Notes under the pieces: model-generated
Told to the model about the DNA's origin: nothing
The model's database searches: none
What the model saw: only the letters and a program-made list of their open reading frames with translations
Origin: an uncultured bacterium
GTDB lineage: Bacteria; Oederibacteriota; Oederibacteriia; Oederibacteriales; Oederibacteriaceae
DNA: 64,000 bases
Direction: 5' to 3'
Assembly: GCA_965112635.1 (NCBI GenBank)
Contig: OZ218778.1
Coordinates: 2,510,966 to 2,574,965, forward strand
In this document: piece by piece, positions 34,796 through 44,030 of the stretch
Position numbering within the stretch: the stretch's first letter is position 1
Layout of the letters: each line of letters opens with the position of its first letter
Program-made: the position numbers and the translations under genes

Positions 34796-36091
34796 ATGGC
34801 TGATTTCATCCAGGATAACGGGGTTGTCGGAGCCGGAGGAGCCGGGTTTCCCACAGCGGTCAAACTGCAGGCCAAGGTCTCCACTTTTATCGTCAACGCG
34901 GCTGAGTGCGAACCCCTGTTGCACAAGGACAAGGAACTTCTGGCCAACTATCCCGATGAATTTTTCAAGGGATTGGAAACCGCCATGTCCCGCACCGGCG
35001 CCGACCAGGCTGTCATCGGGATCAAGAACAAATACCACGCACTCATTGACTCCCTGCAGGGTAGTTTGCCCAGGTCGGTAAAAATCCACCCGCTGGACGA
35101 CATTTACCCTGCCGGAGATGAGTTTATTCTTGTTTATGACATCACGGGCAAGATCATCCCCCCAGGCGGCCTGCCTTTGCAGGTGGGCTGCGTGGTCAAC
35201 AATGTCGAGACTCTGGTCAACATTGGCCTGGCTAGGCCTGTGATTTCCAAGTTCGTGACGATAGCCGGCGCTGTTAAAGATCCTTGCACCCTCAATGTCC
35301 CCCTGGGCACACCCATTAGCCAGCTGATCTCAGCTGCCGGAGGTGTCACCAGCTCCGAATACGGCGTTCTGGTAGGCGGGGTCATGATGGGCCGCCTGCT
35401 GACCGACCCCCATGAACCGGTGACCAAAACAACGGGCGGAGTGCTGGTTTTCCCTGCTGACCATATTTTGCTGAAACGTTATGGCCGGACGCAAAAAATG
35501 ATTGACCGCATCGGTCGTTCTGCTTGTGACCAATGCAGCATGTGCACTGAAAAATGCCCCCGTTACCTGCTGGGCCACCCCATAGAACCGCATAAAGCCA
35601 TGCGGGCCTTGGGTTTTGCTCCTGAAAAGGACAGGATGATCATGGGCACACTGTATTGCTGTGAATGCAACCTTTGTTCCTTTGTATCCTGCCCTGAGGA
35701 CCTGGATCCCCGTTCGGTCTGCGCTCAGGCCAAGACCAAAGCCAGGGAAAAGAACCTTAAATGGGCCGGTTCCCCACAAGACATACAAAGTCATACCATG
35801 CTTCCCTATCGCCGCACTCCTACCAGGATTTTGTTCCAAAAACTGGATTTGAACGGTTTCACGAACAAGGCACCTCTGCAAAAGCAAAAATTGAGCGTTT
35901 CCAAAGTCGTCTTGCCTTTACGCCAGCATGTCGGGGTGGCTTGCGAACCAGTCGTGAAAATTGGTCAAGCGGTCAGGGAGGGTGAGCTCATTGCCAAGGT
36001 TCCTGAGGGAAAATTGGGCGCTCCACTGCATGCCAGTATTAGCGGAACAATCAAGGAAATAACGGGCACGATCACTATCGAGGCGAATTAA
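34796..36091 (+). CDS. PduS-like RnfC/NuoF-family Fe-S flavoprotein
   Basis: It has the GGAGFPT nucleotide-binding motif of the Complex1_51K/RnfC fold and two 4Fe-4S ferredoxin motifs (CDQCSMCTEKCP; CCECNLCSFVSCP). The C-terminal barrel-like domain is about 90 aa. The 431-aa length compares with about 450 aa for PduS. Confidence 0.75.
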   Translation: MADFIQDNGVVGAGGAGFPTAVKLQAKVSTFIVNAAECEPLLHKDKELLANYPDEFFKGLETAMSRTGADQAVIGIKNKYHALIDSLQGSLPRSVKIHPLDDIYPAGDEFILVYDITGKIIPPGGLPLQVGCVVNNVETLVNIGLARPVISKFVTIAGAVKDPCTLNVPLGTPISQLISAAGGVTSSEYGVLVGGVMMGRLLTDPHEPVTKTTGGVLVFPADHILLKRYGRTQKMIDRIGRSACDQCSMCTEKCPRYLLGHPIEPHKAMRALGFAPEKDRMIMGTLYCCECNLCSFVSCPEDLDPRSVCAQAKTKAREKNLKWAGSPQDIQSHTMLPYRRTPTRILFQKLDLNGFTNKAPLQKQKLSVSKVVLPLRQHVGVACEPVVKIGQAVREGELIAKVPEGKLGAPLHASISGTIKEITGTITIEAN

Positions 36092-36105
36092 AAGGAGGTT
36101 TAGCT

Positions 36106-36666
36106 ATGCCGGAGATCAACACCATCGGGATCGTCGAACTGACCAGTATCAGCCTGGGTTACCAGGTCCAGGACGCCATGCTCAAAACCGCCGCGGTCAG
36201 CCTGATCCTGGCCCGCTCTGTTTGCCCGGGCAAATACCTGATCGCCATCACCGGTGATGTTTCCTCGGTCAAGGCCAGCGTGGCCACTGGCGTGGCTATG
36301 GGCGCTGGAGCCGTGGTGGAGCAGGGCGTCATCGCCAACATTCACCCTTCGATCTTTCCGGCCCTGGCCCAGTCCGTGGAGGTCCCTCCTGAAGGAACTG
36401 GAGCTATGGGTGTCGTGGAAACATTTTCAGCTGCCAGCCTCATCGTGGCAGCGGATGCCGCGGCTAAAACAGCCGAGGTGACCATGTTACGGGTTTATTT
36501 GGCCATGGCTATCGGCGGGAAAGCATACTGTTTGATGACCGGGAAGCTGGGCGATGTCGAAGCGGCCGTGGAAGCCGCGGCCCAATCAGCGGGCGAAAGC
36601 GGCATGCTGGTCAGCAAGGTAGTCATCCCCGCTCCTCACCGGGACCTTTTCAAAGAATACATTTAA
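36106..36666 (+). CDS. BMC-T tandem-BMC-domain shell protein (PduT-like)
   Basis: A 186-aa product with two BMC-domain repeats (IGIVELTSISLGYQVQDAMLKTAAV.. and MGVVETFSAASLIVAADAAAKTAEV..). The Cys in SVCPGK is at the PduT-like pore position. A strong SD (AAAGGAGG) precedes it. Confidence 0.8.
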   Translation: MPEINTIGIVELTSISLGYQVQDAMLKTAAVSLILARSVCPGKYLIAITGDVSSVKASVATGVAMGAGAVVEQGVIANIHPSIFPALAQSVEVPPEGTGAMGVVETFSAASLIVAADAAAKTAEVTMLRVYLAMAIGGKAYCLMTGKLGDVEAAVEAAAQSAGESGMLVSKVVIPAPHRDLFKEYI

Positions 36667-36789
36667 TTCACTGCCGCCAATTTTAATCCTTGCACGATAA
36701 TATTCCCGTCATTTGAAACCCCATAGCCTTGCTGCTACAATTATTTTGTTTTCCAATACAAGCTTGGTTGCGGCCTAAAGGAGATTGTT

Positions 36790-38478
36790 GTGATAGCACT
36801 CTGGCCAGTGGATAGTCTTACCAAAGTTTTCCAGGATGACCCAGTCCCGCGCTATAGGGAGAGAGCCATCGATCTTTTTGTGGCCAGGGGTGCCGTGGAA
36901 TCAGCCCAGTGCGCATTCCAATCCGACAAGGACTTGACCGGATTTGAGGTCATGATCGACCCACCCCGGCTCCGCTCCAACCGCAAGCTCTGTCTTGGGG
37001 ATATTAAATGGCGCCGGGTGGAATATGTGCCGGTGCGCCGGCCTTCCTGGTATCTGGACCCAACACAGCGGCTCCGGAACACCGCGGGTTTTTTCCCTGA
37101 CCCACTAATAAACCCGGAAAATTTTCCCAAATTTTACAGCCCTCCAGCCGCTCATCCGGGCCTTTTGCCTCTAGTCACAGGGCACTCCACTATCCCCCTC
37201 TGGCTCACCCTGTCCATTCCGGAAAAAGCTGTGCCTGGCCTTTACACGGGTTCCCTGACCATCAAAACGCCCCAAAGTTCCCGGAGCATTAAATTGAACG
37301 TGGAAGTCTCTCCGGCCATTTGCCCCCAGGAGCGGACCCTAAAACTGACCCATTGGTTCAGCCCCCAGAACATCGCTAAAGCCGGAAAAGTAAAACTCTG
37401 GAGCCCTCAGCACTGGAAATTGTTATCGCACTGGGGCCGCGACCTGGCCCTGCACCGCGCCAATGTTATCTTTACTCCCTTGTCCGACCTTCTTCACCTC
37501 ACCAAAAAAGGAAACAGGCTCCGTATCGACTTCTCGCGGTTTGATAAGTGGGTCAGAACTTTCCAGCAGGCAGGCGCCATAGGGTATATTGAAGGCACTC
37601 ATCTGGCCAGCCGCATCAACAATTGGCAAAGCCAATACGGCTTGAATCCCTTTATCATTCATAAGGAGGGTGGAAAGACCGAGAACCTCAATAAATGTCC
37701 GGCCCAAAATCCCCGCTGCCGCGCCTTTCTGAAAGATTTCTTGGCCCAGCTCAGCGCTCATCTTAGGGAAAAAAACTGGGATTCTTTTTATTATCAGCAT
37801 GTGGCCGATGAGCCCATCCCGGAAAACACCGCTTCCTACCGCGCACTCACGGATATGGTCAGGGAATTCGCGCCTGGCCTGCCCATTCTGGACGCCCTGC
37901 TGGGCTCCGAGGCACTGGCCGGGACCGTCAATATCTGGTGCCCCCAGTCCCAGGAAGCGGAAAAGCATCTGGAATTTTTCCACTCACGCCAGGCTCTGGG
38001 CGAGGAAATATGGCATTACACCTGCTGCTCCCCCAGTCAGAAATTCCCTAACCGTTTCCTCAACCAGCCGCTCCTCGGCACCCGTCTCCTGCACTGGTTC
38101 AATCACAAAGCGGGGCTGACCGGTTATTTGCACTGGGGCTTTAACTTTTGGGTATCCGGAGGTTTTCCCGATGCCAACCCCTTTACCGACACCGAGACCA
38201 CGGAAACTTACGGGACCACCCGGCTCCCGGCAGGCGACAGCCACCTGGTCTATCCCGACCCGGACGGCAAACCGTTGGACTCCATTCGGCATGAGATGGT
38301 GCTGGAGGGAGTGCAGGATTACGAACTATTGCAGGTGCTCAGCCGCAACGACCCGGACAAAGCCATGCGTTTGGCTAAGGCAGTTCTGCCTACCTTGGTA
38401 GAATACGAAAAAAAGCCTGCGGTTTTCAGGAAAATCAGGGCCGAACTTCTGGCAGGGGTTGCCCGGGCCCAGGGATGA
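36790..38478 (+). CDS. Hypothetical glycoside-hydrolase-like protein (DUF4091/GH123-like, tentative), GTG start
   Basis: A 562-aa product with no signal peptide. An SD (AAGGAG) lies 6 nt upstream of the GTG. The WHYTCCSP segment and the overall size are reminiscent of DUF4091-containing GH-like proteins. The call is weak. Confidence 0.4.
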   Translation: MIALWPVDSLTKVFQDDPVPRYRERAIDLFVARGAVESAQCAFQSDKDLTGFEVMIDPPRLRSNRKLCLGDIKWRRVEYVPVRRPSWYLDPTQRLRNTAGFFPDPLINPENFPKFYSPPAAHPGLLPLVTGHSTIPLWLTLSIPEKAVPGLYTGSLTIKTPQSSRSIKLNVEVSPAICPQERTLKLTHWFSPQNIAKAGKVKLWSPQHWKLLSHWGRDLALHRANVIFTPLSDLLHLTKKGNRLRIDFSRFDKWVRTFQQAGAIGYIEGTHLASRINNWQSQYGLNPFIIHKEGGKTENLNKCPAQNPRCRAFLKDFLAQLSAHLREKNWDSFYYQHVADEPIPENTASYRALTDMVREFAPGLPILDALLGSEALAGTVNIWCPQSQEAEKHLEFFHSRQALGEEIWHYTCCSPSQKFPNRFLNQPLLGTRLLHWFNHKAGLTGYLHWGFNFWVSGGFPDANPFTDTETTETYGTTRLPAGDSHLVYPDPDGKPLDSIRHEMVLEGVQDYELLQVLSRNDPDKAMRLAKAVLPTLVEYEKKPAVFRKIRAELLAGVARAQG

Positions 38479-38484
38479 AAAACT

Positions 38485-39708
38485 CTACCTCACCAATTCC
38501 GACAATTTACACCCGTCGCGGGGGATAAATTTCCTCCAATAATCCACTGAAACTTTCATCCTGTCCAAAATATCCGCGTTGATGTCGGCCGTGGCTGAAA
38601 AGATCTCCAGGGTCATATAGATCTTTTCGCAGGTCCGAGGCATACCCTCAACTTGCGGCCCGCGATAGGACTCAGCCAGGGCACTGATAACCCTTTGCGG
38701 CTGGACCACGCCGGCCTTGTTGTTCTGCGGGGTAAAAGCCAGATGATGCGAGGACCTGCCGTCTGTCTGCTGTAGATGGATGATGGGCGAATAGCAGCCC
38801 AGCTCGGCCAGCCAGGCATAAAGGTCGCCGTCCTGTACCTGGGAAAAAAGATAGGGATACTGGTCCATGACTTCTTTAATGCTCCGGATAGCCTTGTCGT
38901 CGTTTTTTGCTGACTGCCTGAGAGCCTGCTGGAAAATATTTCTGGCCTTCATCGGGCCCAGCCACAACCCCTGGAGGCTTTTTCCTTTCCTCCCTGCTTT
39001 CATGGCGGCAAGGATTTGGCTGGAAGTGGGATAACAGTATTTCCTTTGGCCGGTCTGATGTCCCGTGTCTATGGCGATGTAAAACTGATGGCCGCCCCGC
39101 CTATAAACCTCTCTTAATAATTTTTTGGTGCCTGGAATGGTCCAGGGTATTTGGTGGGGAGCATACATCTGCTCCACTCCGACCGAGTCCACCCCGTGGT
39201 TAGCGCAAAACCCGGCCAAGCTGGCCAGGTTATTATAAAGCTCTTCCTCCGCATCTTGGTATCGGACCGGGTCCTGCAGCACAGCTTCGGAAAAGGCATG
39301 GCAAAAAAATCCGAGGTCCGCTTTGCACTGGCTGGCCAGCAGGGCCAATGGCTTGAGCCACTTTTCCAGCATCTTTTTTCTGACCCGCCCGTCGGTATGG
39401 GACAAACCCAGGGTGGTATAGGAGCCGTGACCTGAATAAAAATTGGCTATTTTAAATCCATGCTTCCGGCAGCTCCTGTTGACTTCCCTGACCCAATCCT
39501 TGAGATATCCCTGTTCCATATAAAAAGGGTCGCATTCGTTGTCCGCGCTGGCTTCCGCGTAATGGATGCCAAAGCTCTTGATGACTTTGACCCATTCCTC
39601 GGGTTTGGTCCAACGCTTGACGGCAAAACAGTTGTCCACCGCCAGATAGATTTTGGGGTCCACAGGGACAGTATCTTTCTTGGAATAAGTATTGGTTTTG
39701 GGTCGCAT
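38485..39708 (-). CDS. Hypothetical protein (possible TIM-barrel sugar isomerase/epimerase-like) in the rhamnose gene cluster
   Basis: A 407-aa ORF co-directional with the rhamnulokinase gene and abutting its end (39708). No definitive motif. Confidence 0.4.
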   Translation of the reverse strand: MRPKTNTYSKKDTVPVDPKIYLAVDNCFAVKRWTKPEEWVKVIKSFGIHYAEASADNECDPFYMEQGYLKDWVREVNRSCRKHGFKIANFYSGHGSYTTLGLSHTDGRVRKKMLEKWLKPLALLASQCKADLGFFCHAFSEAVLQDPVRYQDAEEELYNNLASLAGFCANHGVDSVGVEQMYAPHQIPWTIPGTKKLLREVYRRGGHQFYIAIDTGHQTGQRKYCYPTSSQILAAMKAGRKGKSLQGLWLGPMKARNIFQQALRQSAKNDDKAIRSIKEVMDQYPYLFSQVQDGDLYAWLAELGCYSPIIHLQQTDGRSSHHLAFTPQNNKAGVVQPQRVISALAESYRGPQVEGMPRTCEKIYMTLEIFSATADINADILDRMKVSVDYWRKFIPRDGCKLSELVR

Positions 39709-41201
39709 CAGCAGCCTTTGAAGGTATAGGAAGCCATTTTTGAGGAGACATCCTTGAACTTGGCAAAGGACTTGTCCCAGGCCGCCCTGTTTTTGGGAAG
39801 ATATTCCTTGATAGGGAACGATTTCCTGATGAGCTGTCGCATTTCGGCCACAGAACCGATCTCTCCCAGGGCAATAAACTGCATCCCGATGTTGCCCAGA
39901 GCCGTGGCTTCTTGCGGCCCGGCCAGGACACGGCAGCCGCTGGCCTCTGCGGTCATCCGGCAGAGCAGGGTGTTCTGGGAACCGCCCCCAAAAACATGGA
40001 TGGTGCGGACGTTTCCGTGCATCAGTTCGTTGAGCTGTTCATACACCAGTCGGTATTTGAGGGCCAGGCTTTCGAAGACGCACCGGGCCGTCGGCCCCAC
40101 GCCGCTCGGCACCTTTTGTCCGGACCTCCTGCAATACTCAGCGACGGCCACGGTCATGTCCTGCGGCGCCAGAAACAGGGGATGGTCAGGTTCTATCAAA
40201 GATTCGGACATGGGTTGTTTTTCAGCCTCCTGGCAGATCTCCGGAAAGGTCAATTTCATCCCCTTTTTGGCCCAGAGACGCTGGCACTCCTGGATGAGCC
40301 AGAGGCCCATGATGTTCTTAAGATACCGGTAGGTGGCATTGACGCCCAGCTCGTGGCTGAAGTTGTTCTCCCGGCTAAAATCGGTCAGGATGGGTTTGGA
40401 GAGCTCCAGCCCCATCAAGGACCAGGTACCCGAACTGATGTAGCACCAATCATCCTTGGTCTCGGCCGGGGTCGCGGCCACAGCCGCGGCCGTGTCATGG
40501 CAGGCCGGAAAGATGACCGGGCACTGCACGCCCGTATCTCGACTGACCCTCTGGGAAAACTTACCCACCTTGGTCCCTGGTTCCACGATTGCGGGGAGCA
40601 ATGACTTTTTTAGGCCAAGGGTTTTCAGGATAACCGCTGACCATTCCCTGGTCTTGGCGTCCAGGAGCTGGCTGGTGCTGGCATTGGTGCGGTCGGCTGC
40701 TTTGGCGCCCGTAAGAAAATAGGTCAGTAGTTCGGGGATCATCAACAGCTTGTCTGCCTTGTCGATGACCCTGGGCTTGCGCGCCATCTCGGCGGTAAGC
40801 TGGAAAATGGTGTTAAAGGGCAAAAATTGGATGCCCGTGAGGCTATAGAGGGTCTTCCAAGACATTTTTTTGAAATACTGTTTGCCGGCATTCTGGTTGC
40901 GTTTGTCCCGGTAACCGAATGGCAGGTTGAGCAGGTCGCCGTCCTTGGTCAGCAGGCCGTAATCCACGCCCCAGGTATCCATGCCGAAGGAGCCGATGGC
41001 TTTGCTGTGCTTTTTGGAGGCCAGAATTCCGTTCTTGATCTCGGCCAGGATGGCTGGTATATCCCAATGCAAGTGTCCGGCCAGGTCGTGCATGCCGTTG
41101 GGAAAGCGGTGTATCTCTTTGAGTCCCAAGCGATCCTTTTTCAAAGACCCCAGGATAATCCGGCCTCCGGAAGCGCCGATATCAGCCGCCAGAACGTCCA
41201 A
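39708..41201 (-). CDS. rhaB: Rhamnulokinase (FGGY carbohydrate kinase family)
   Basis: A 497-aa product. The N-terminal DVLAADIGASGGRIILG and the overall FGGY architecture are rhamnulokinase-like. It lies immediately downstream of the rhamnose isomerase. Confidence 0.8.
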   Translation of the reverse strand: MDVLAADIGASGGRIILGSLKKDRLGLKEIHRFPNGMHDLAGHLHWDIPAILAEIKNGILASKKHSKAIGSFGMDTWGVDYGLLTKDGDLLNLPFGYRDKRNQNAGKQYFKKMSWKTLYSLTGIQFLPFNTIFQLTAEMARKPRVIDKADKLLMIPELLTYFLTGAKAADRTNASTSQLLDAKTREWSAVILKTLGLKKSLLPAIVEPGTKVGKFSQRVSRDTGVQCPVIFPACHDTAAAVAATPAETKDDWCYISSGTWSLMGLELSKPILTDFSRENNFSHELGVNATYRYLKNIMGLWLIQECQRLWAKKGMKLTFPEICQEAEKQPMSESLIEPDHPLFLAPQDMTVAVAEYCRRSGQKVPSGVGPTARCVFESLALKYRLVYEQLNELMHGNVRTIHVFGGGSQNTLLCRMTAEASGCRVLAGPQEATALGNIGMQFIALGEIGSVAEMRQLIRKSFPIKEYLPKNRAAWDKSFAKFKDVSSKMASYTFKGC

Positions 41202-41203
41202 GG

Positions 41204-42388
41204 CTAGTGTCCTTTTTTGTAGGCCATCAGCGGCTCAGCGGGCAGACCGGCTGACCGGCGGATCTCCTGCAACAGCGGCCTGACATCCGCCAGGAACGCC
41301 GACCGCACCAAACGGTCCGCCAAACCGACCTGGCAGTTATGCTGGTATTTCCTCAGCTGGCTGAAATCTACCAGAAGGGCCTTGAGATAGGCGGTCTCGA
41401 TGTTCTCCATGGATTCTAATATCTCTTCAGTGGCATCCTTGATGCAATGGCTCTGGTCGATCATGAACGCCAGGTCGCGGATCCTGCCCAGTCCCCTGTC
41501 CTCCGCCTCGACCAGGGCGCAAAAAATACGGAACAACTGCATGGGATCAATGCTGCCCGTGGCCAGGTCGTCGTCCGCGAACTTCTTGTCGTTGAAATGG
41601 AACCCGCCCAGTTTGCCTTCCCACATCAGGTTGGCCACGATCTGTTCGATGTTGGTCCCCAGGGGGTGGTGGCCCAGGTCGACGAGCACCTTGGCGTTTT
41701 TGCCCAGCATTTCGGTCAATTTGAGCGAGCGGCCCCAGTCCGGGATGGCCGTGGCGTAAAAACCGGGCTCAAAAAATTTGTATTCCACCAGCATGACCTC
41801 GCTGGGACGCATGGCTTTATAGATGGTCTTCAAAGAATATTCCAGCCGTTCCATTTGTTCATAAAGGCTCATCTGGCCCGGCGAATTGGTGCCGTCCGGC
41901 ACCCACACGGATAGGTTCTTGCTTCCCAAGGTCCGCATGATGCCCAGGCAGTCCATATTGTGTTCAATGGAGGCTTTTTGCACGTCCGCACAAGGCGAGG
42001 TAAAACTGCCAAACCGGAGACGGTGGTCCAGAGCGGTCCCCGGCCTCATGTTGAACATGTTGGAATTGACAGCTCCAGCCTTTAATCCTGCCTCTTTGAG
42101 CCACCCTTTAATATTTTCAACGTCCCGCATGGAATTGCCGTCCCAGGGAAAATGCAGGGCCATGGTCTTGCCCTGCCCGGTCAAACGGTGCACTAGGCCG
42201 CCGGCTTTGATCCTGTCCTCCGTGGTCACCAGGTCATCCGGCCCTTTATAAACCTCAAAGCGCGTGCCGCCCCTGCCAAAACCCCAGGAAGGAATTTCTA
42301 TAAGAAGATTATGATAGCGACTCTTCACCCTTTGGATCTTTTGCTTGGTGAACTCCCCTACCAGGTTTTGCATACTGCTGGATGGCAT
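41204..42388 (-). CDS. L-rhamnose isomerase (Pseudomonas stutzeri-type L-RhI, xylose-isomerase-like TIM barrel)
   Basis: The segments IPSWGFGRGGTRFEVY, HFPWDG and VDLGHHPLGTNIEQIVANL...GKLGGFHFNDKKFADDDL closely match the conserved segments of P. stutzeri L-RhI. Confidence 0.85.
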   Translation of the reverse strand: MPSSSMQNLVGEFTKQKIQRVKSRYHNLLIEIPSWGFGRGGTRFEVYKGPDDLVTTEDRIKAGGLVHRLTGQGKTMALHFPWDGNSMRDVENIKGWLKEAGLKAGAVNSNMFNMRPGTALDHRLRFGSFTSPCADVQKASIEHNMDCLGIMRTLGSKNLSVWVPDGTNSPGQMSLYEQMERLEYSLKTIYKAMRPSEVMLVEYKFFEPGFYATAIPDWGRSLKLTEMLGKNAKVLVDLGHHPLGTNIEQIVANLMWEGKLGGFHFNDKKFADDDLATGSIDPMQLFRIFCALVEAEDRGLGRIRDLAFMIDQSHCIKDATEEILESMENIETAYLKALLVDFSQLRKYQHNCQVGLADRLVRSAFLADVRPLLQEIRRSAGLPAEPLMAYKKGH

Positions 42389-42484
42389 AGCGGCTTACCT
42401 CCTATGATTATTAATGTTTAGTTGCTTAACAAAGGCATCATATCAATTCCCTTTTAAAATCACAAGACAACGCAACCGGGCAGG

Positions 42485-43816
42485 TCACCATTTGAACTTA
42501 AAATTGAACCACTGGGGCTTTTGTGCCATTTTACCCACCCAAACCAGCACGACCAGGATGGCGGCCATGCAGGATGCCGTATACACCACGGGCGCAGAGG
42601 GATGGATGCCATACAAGTACCCTCCCAGGATAGGCGTGGGGAAACTGATCAGAGACGCCAGGATCTGCGTCAAGGCCAGCATCCGCGGCCTTTCCTGGTT
42701 GGTCATCAGGCTGGCCCAGTAACCGTTGGCCGCGGAGTTGTAGATCCCGCCTCCGAATGATCCGATCACAAAAGACACGATGACCACTCCCAACGCGCCA
42801 ATTGGCGTGATCAAGAGCAGCGCGTCGCTCAGGCCCATCAGCACGACGCTGAGGAACAGGTATCCCAGCAGAGACCTGCCGGTGATGAATGGCACGACCA
42901 AAAAGAAGGACAAGATGGTCGTGGCGCTGCTGACGGCCATCAGCAGAGAAAGGTATTCCGGCCTGATGACCAGGCCTTGACTGTCGGTGATGAAGAGGTT
43001 CAGATAGGTGCCTCCGACGGCAAAAGCGGTTCCGGCGAAGATGTGGACCAGCATGAACACTTTGAGATCCATCCTCGACCAAAGGGTCTTGACGGCCTTC
43101 AAGTTGGTGAGCCCGACCTCCTTGAGCGACTCGATCAAGGGCCTGGGTTTCCTGGGGACGCTCGTGTCTTTGACCATACTCAGCCTCATGAACCAGCCGA
43201 TCAGCATCAGGACAAATCCGATGCCCATGATCCACCGGGTCGTCCAGGAAACCCCCCAGATTTTGATAAAAATCCCCGACAAAGAGACAAAAAGGCTCGT
43301 GCCGATCCAGGTCACCTGCATCAGACCGAAATAAATGGGAGAGTGGCGTTTCGGCGAGCCTTTCAGGACCAGGGAAAAATAGGCCGGCCAGCAGATGGCC
43401 TGGAACCCCGACAGGAAGGACCCTATGAAGAACAGGAAATACCCGTGGGCAAAACCGTAACACGCGTAGATAGCCGGCCAGATGAGGATATCCGTGAGCA
43501 TGATCGCCCTTTTTAACCCCAAACGCTCCGGGAGCCATCCCCCCAGGAGCGAACCAAGGACCTGGGCAATGATATTGACCGATGTCAGGGTCCCTATTTC
43601 GACCTTACTTAAACCCTGCTCAGCCATAAAAAGTGGAAGAAAGGTGATCAGGAAGGTGCTGCTGACATTCCATAGCATTCCCGTATAGATAAGGACGCTG
43701 GCATTGCCGCTGATGGCGGAGAACATCCTTTTCACTCTGAGGCTGTGCCTCCCAAGAAGCTCCAGGGGATACCGCCAAAATAGTTCTGGAATTATGTTAA
43801 AAAGGGTTTCGAACAC
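42485..43816 (-). CDS. MFS transporter (putative sugar permease)
   Basis: A 443-aa product with 12 predicted transmembrane helices and the MFS pattern. It heads the rhamnose catabolic gene string. Confidence 0.7.
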   Translation of the reverse strand: MFETLFNIIPELFWRYPLELLGRHSLRVKRMFSAISGNASVLIYTGMLWNVSSTFLITFLPLFMAEQGLSKVEIGTLTSVNIIAQVLGSLLGGWLPERLGLKRAIMLTDILIWPAIYACYGFAHGYFLFFIGSFLSGFQAICWPAYFSLVLKGSPKRHSPIYFGLMQVTWIGTSLFVSLSGIFIKIWGVSWTTRWIMGIGFVLMLIGWFMRLSMVKDTSVPRKPRPLIESLKEVGLTNLKAVKTLWSRMDLKVFMLVHIFAGTAFAVGGTYLNLFITDSQGLVIRPEYLSLLMAVSSATTILSFFLVVPFITGRSLLGYLFLSVVLMGLSDALLLITPIGALGVVIVSFVIGSFGGGIYNSAANGYWASLMTNQERPRMLALTQILASLISFPTPILGGYLYGIHPSAPVVYTASCMAAILVVLVWVGKMAQKPQWFNFKFKW

Positions 43817-44030
43817 AGGGCCTTTCCGGGTCTATCGGGATAGCGCTTATTCACCCACGGGCTCTGCCCGTTGGGGACCCACCCGACCGCATTTGCAAAA
43901 CGTTGAACTATCGAAAACACCTCCTGGGCAAATCATAACAAAAACTTTAATTAATGCCCATTGGATAAAGGACTTTTTAGAGTGTAATATATAGTTGTTG
44001 TATGCGATTTTTCTTTTTGCGGAGTTGAGC

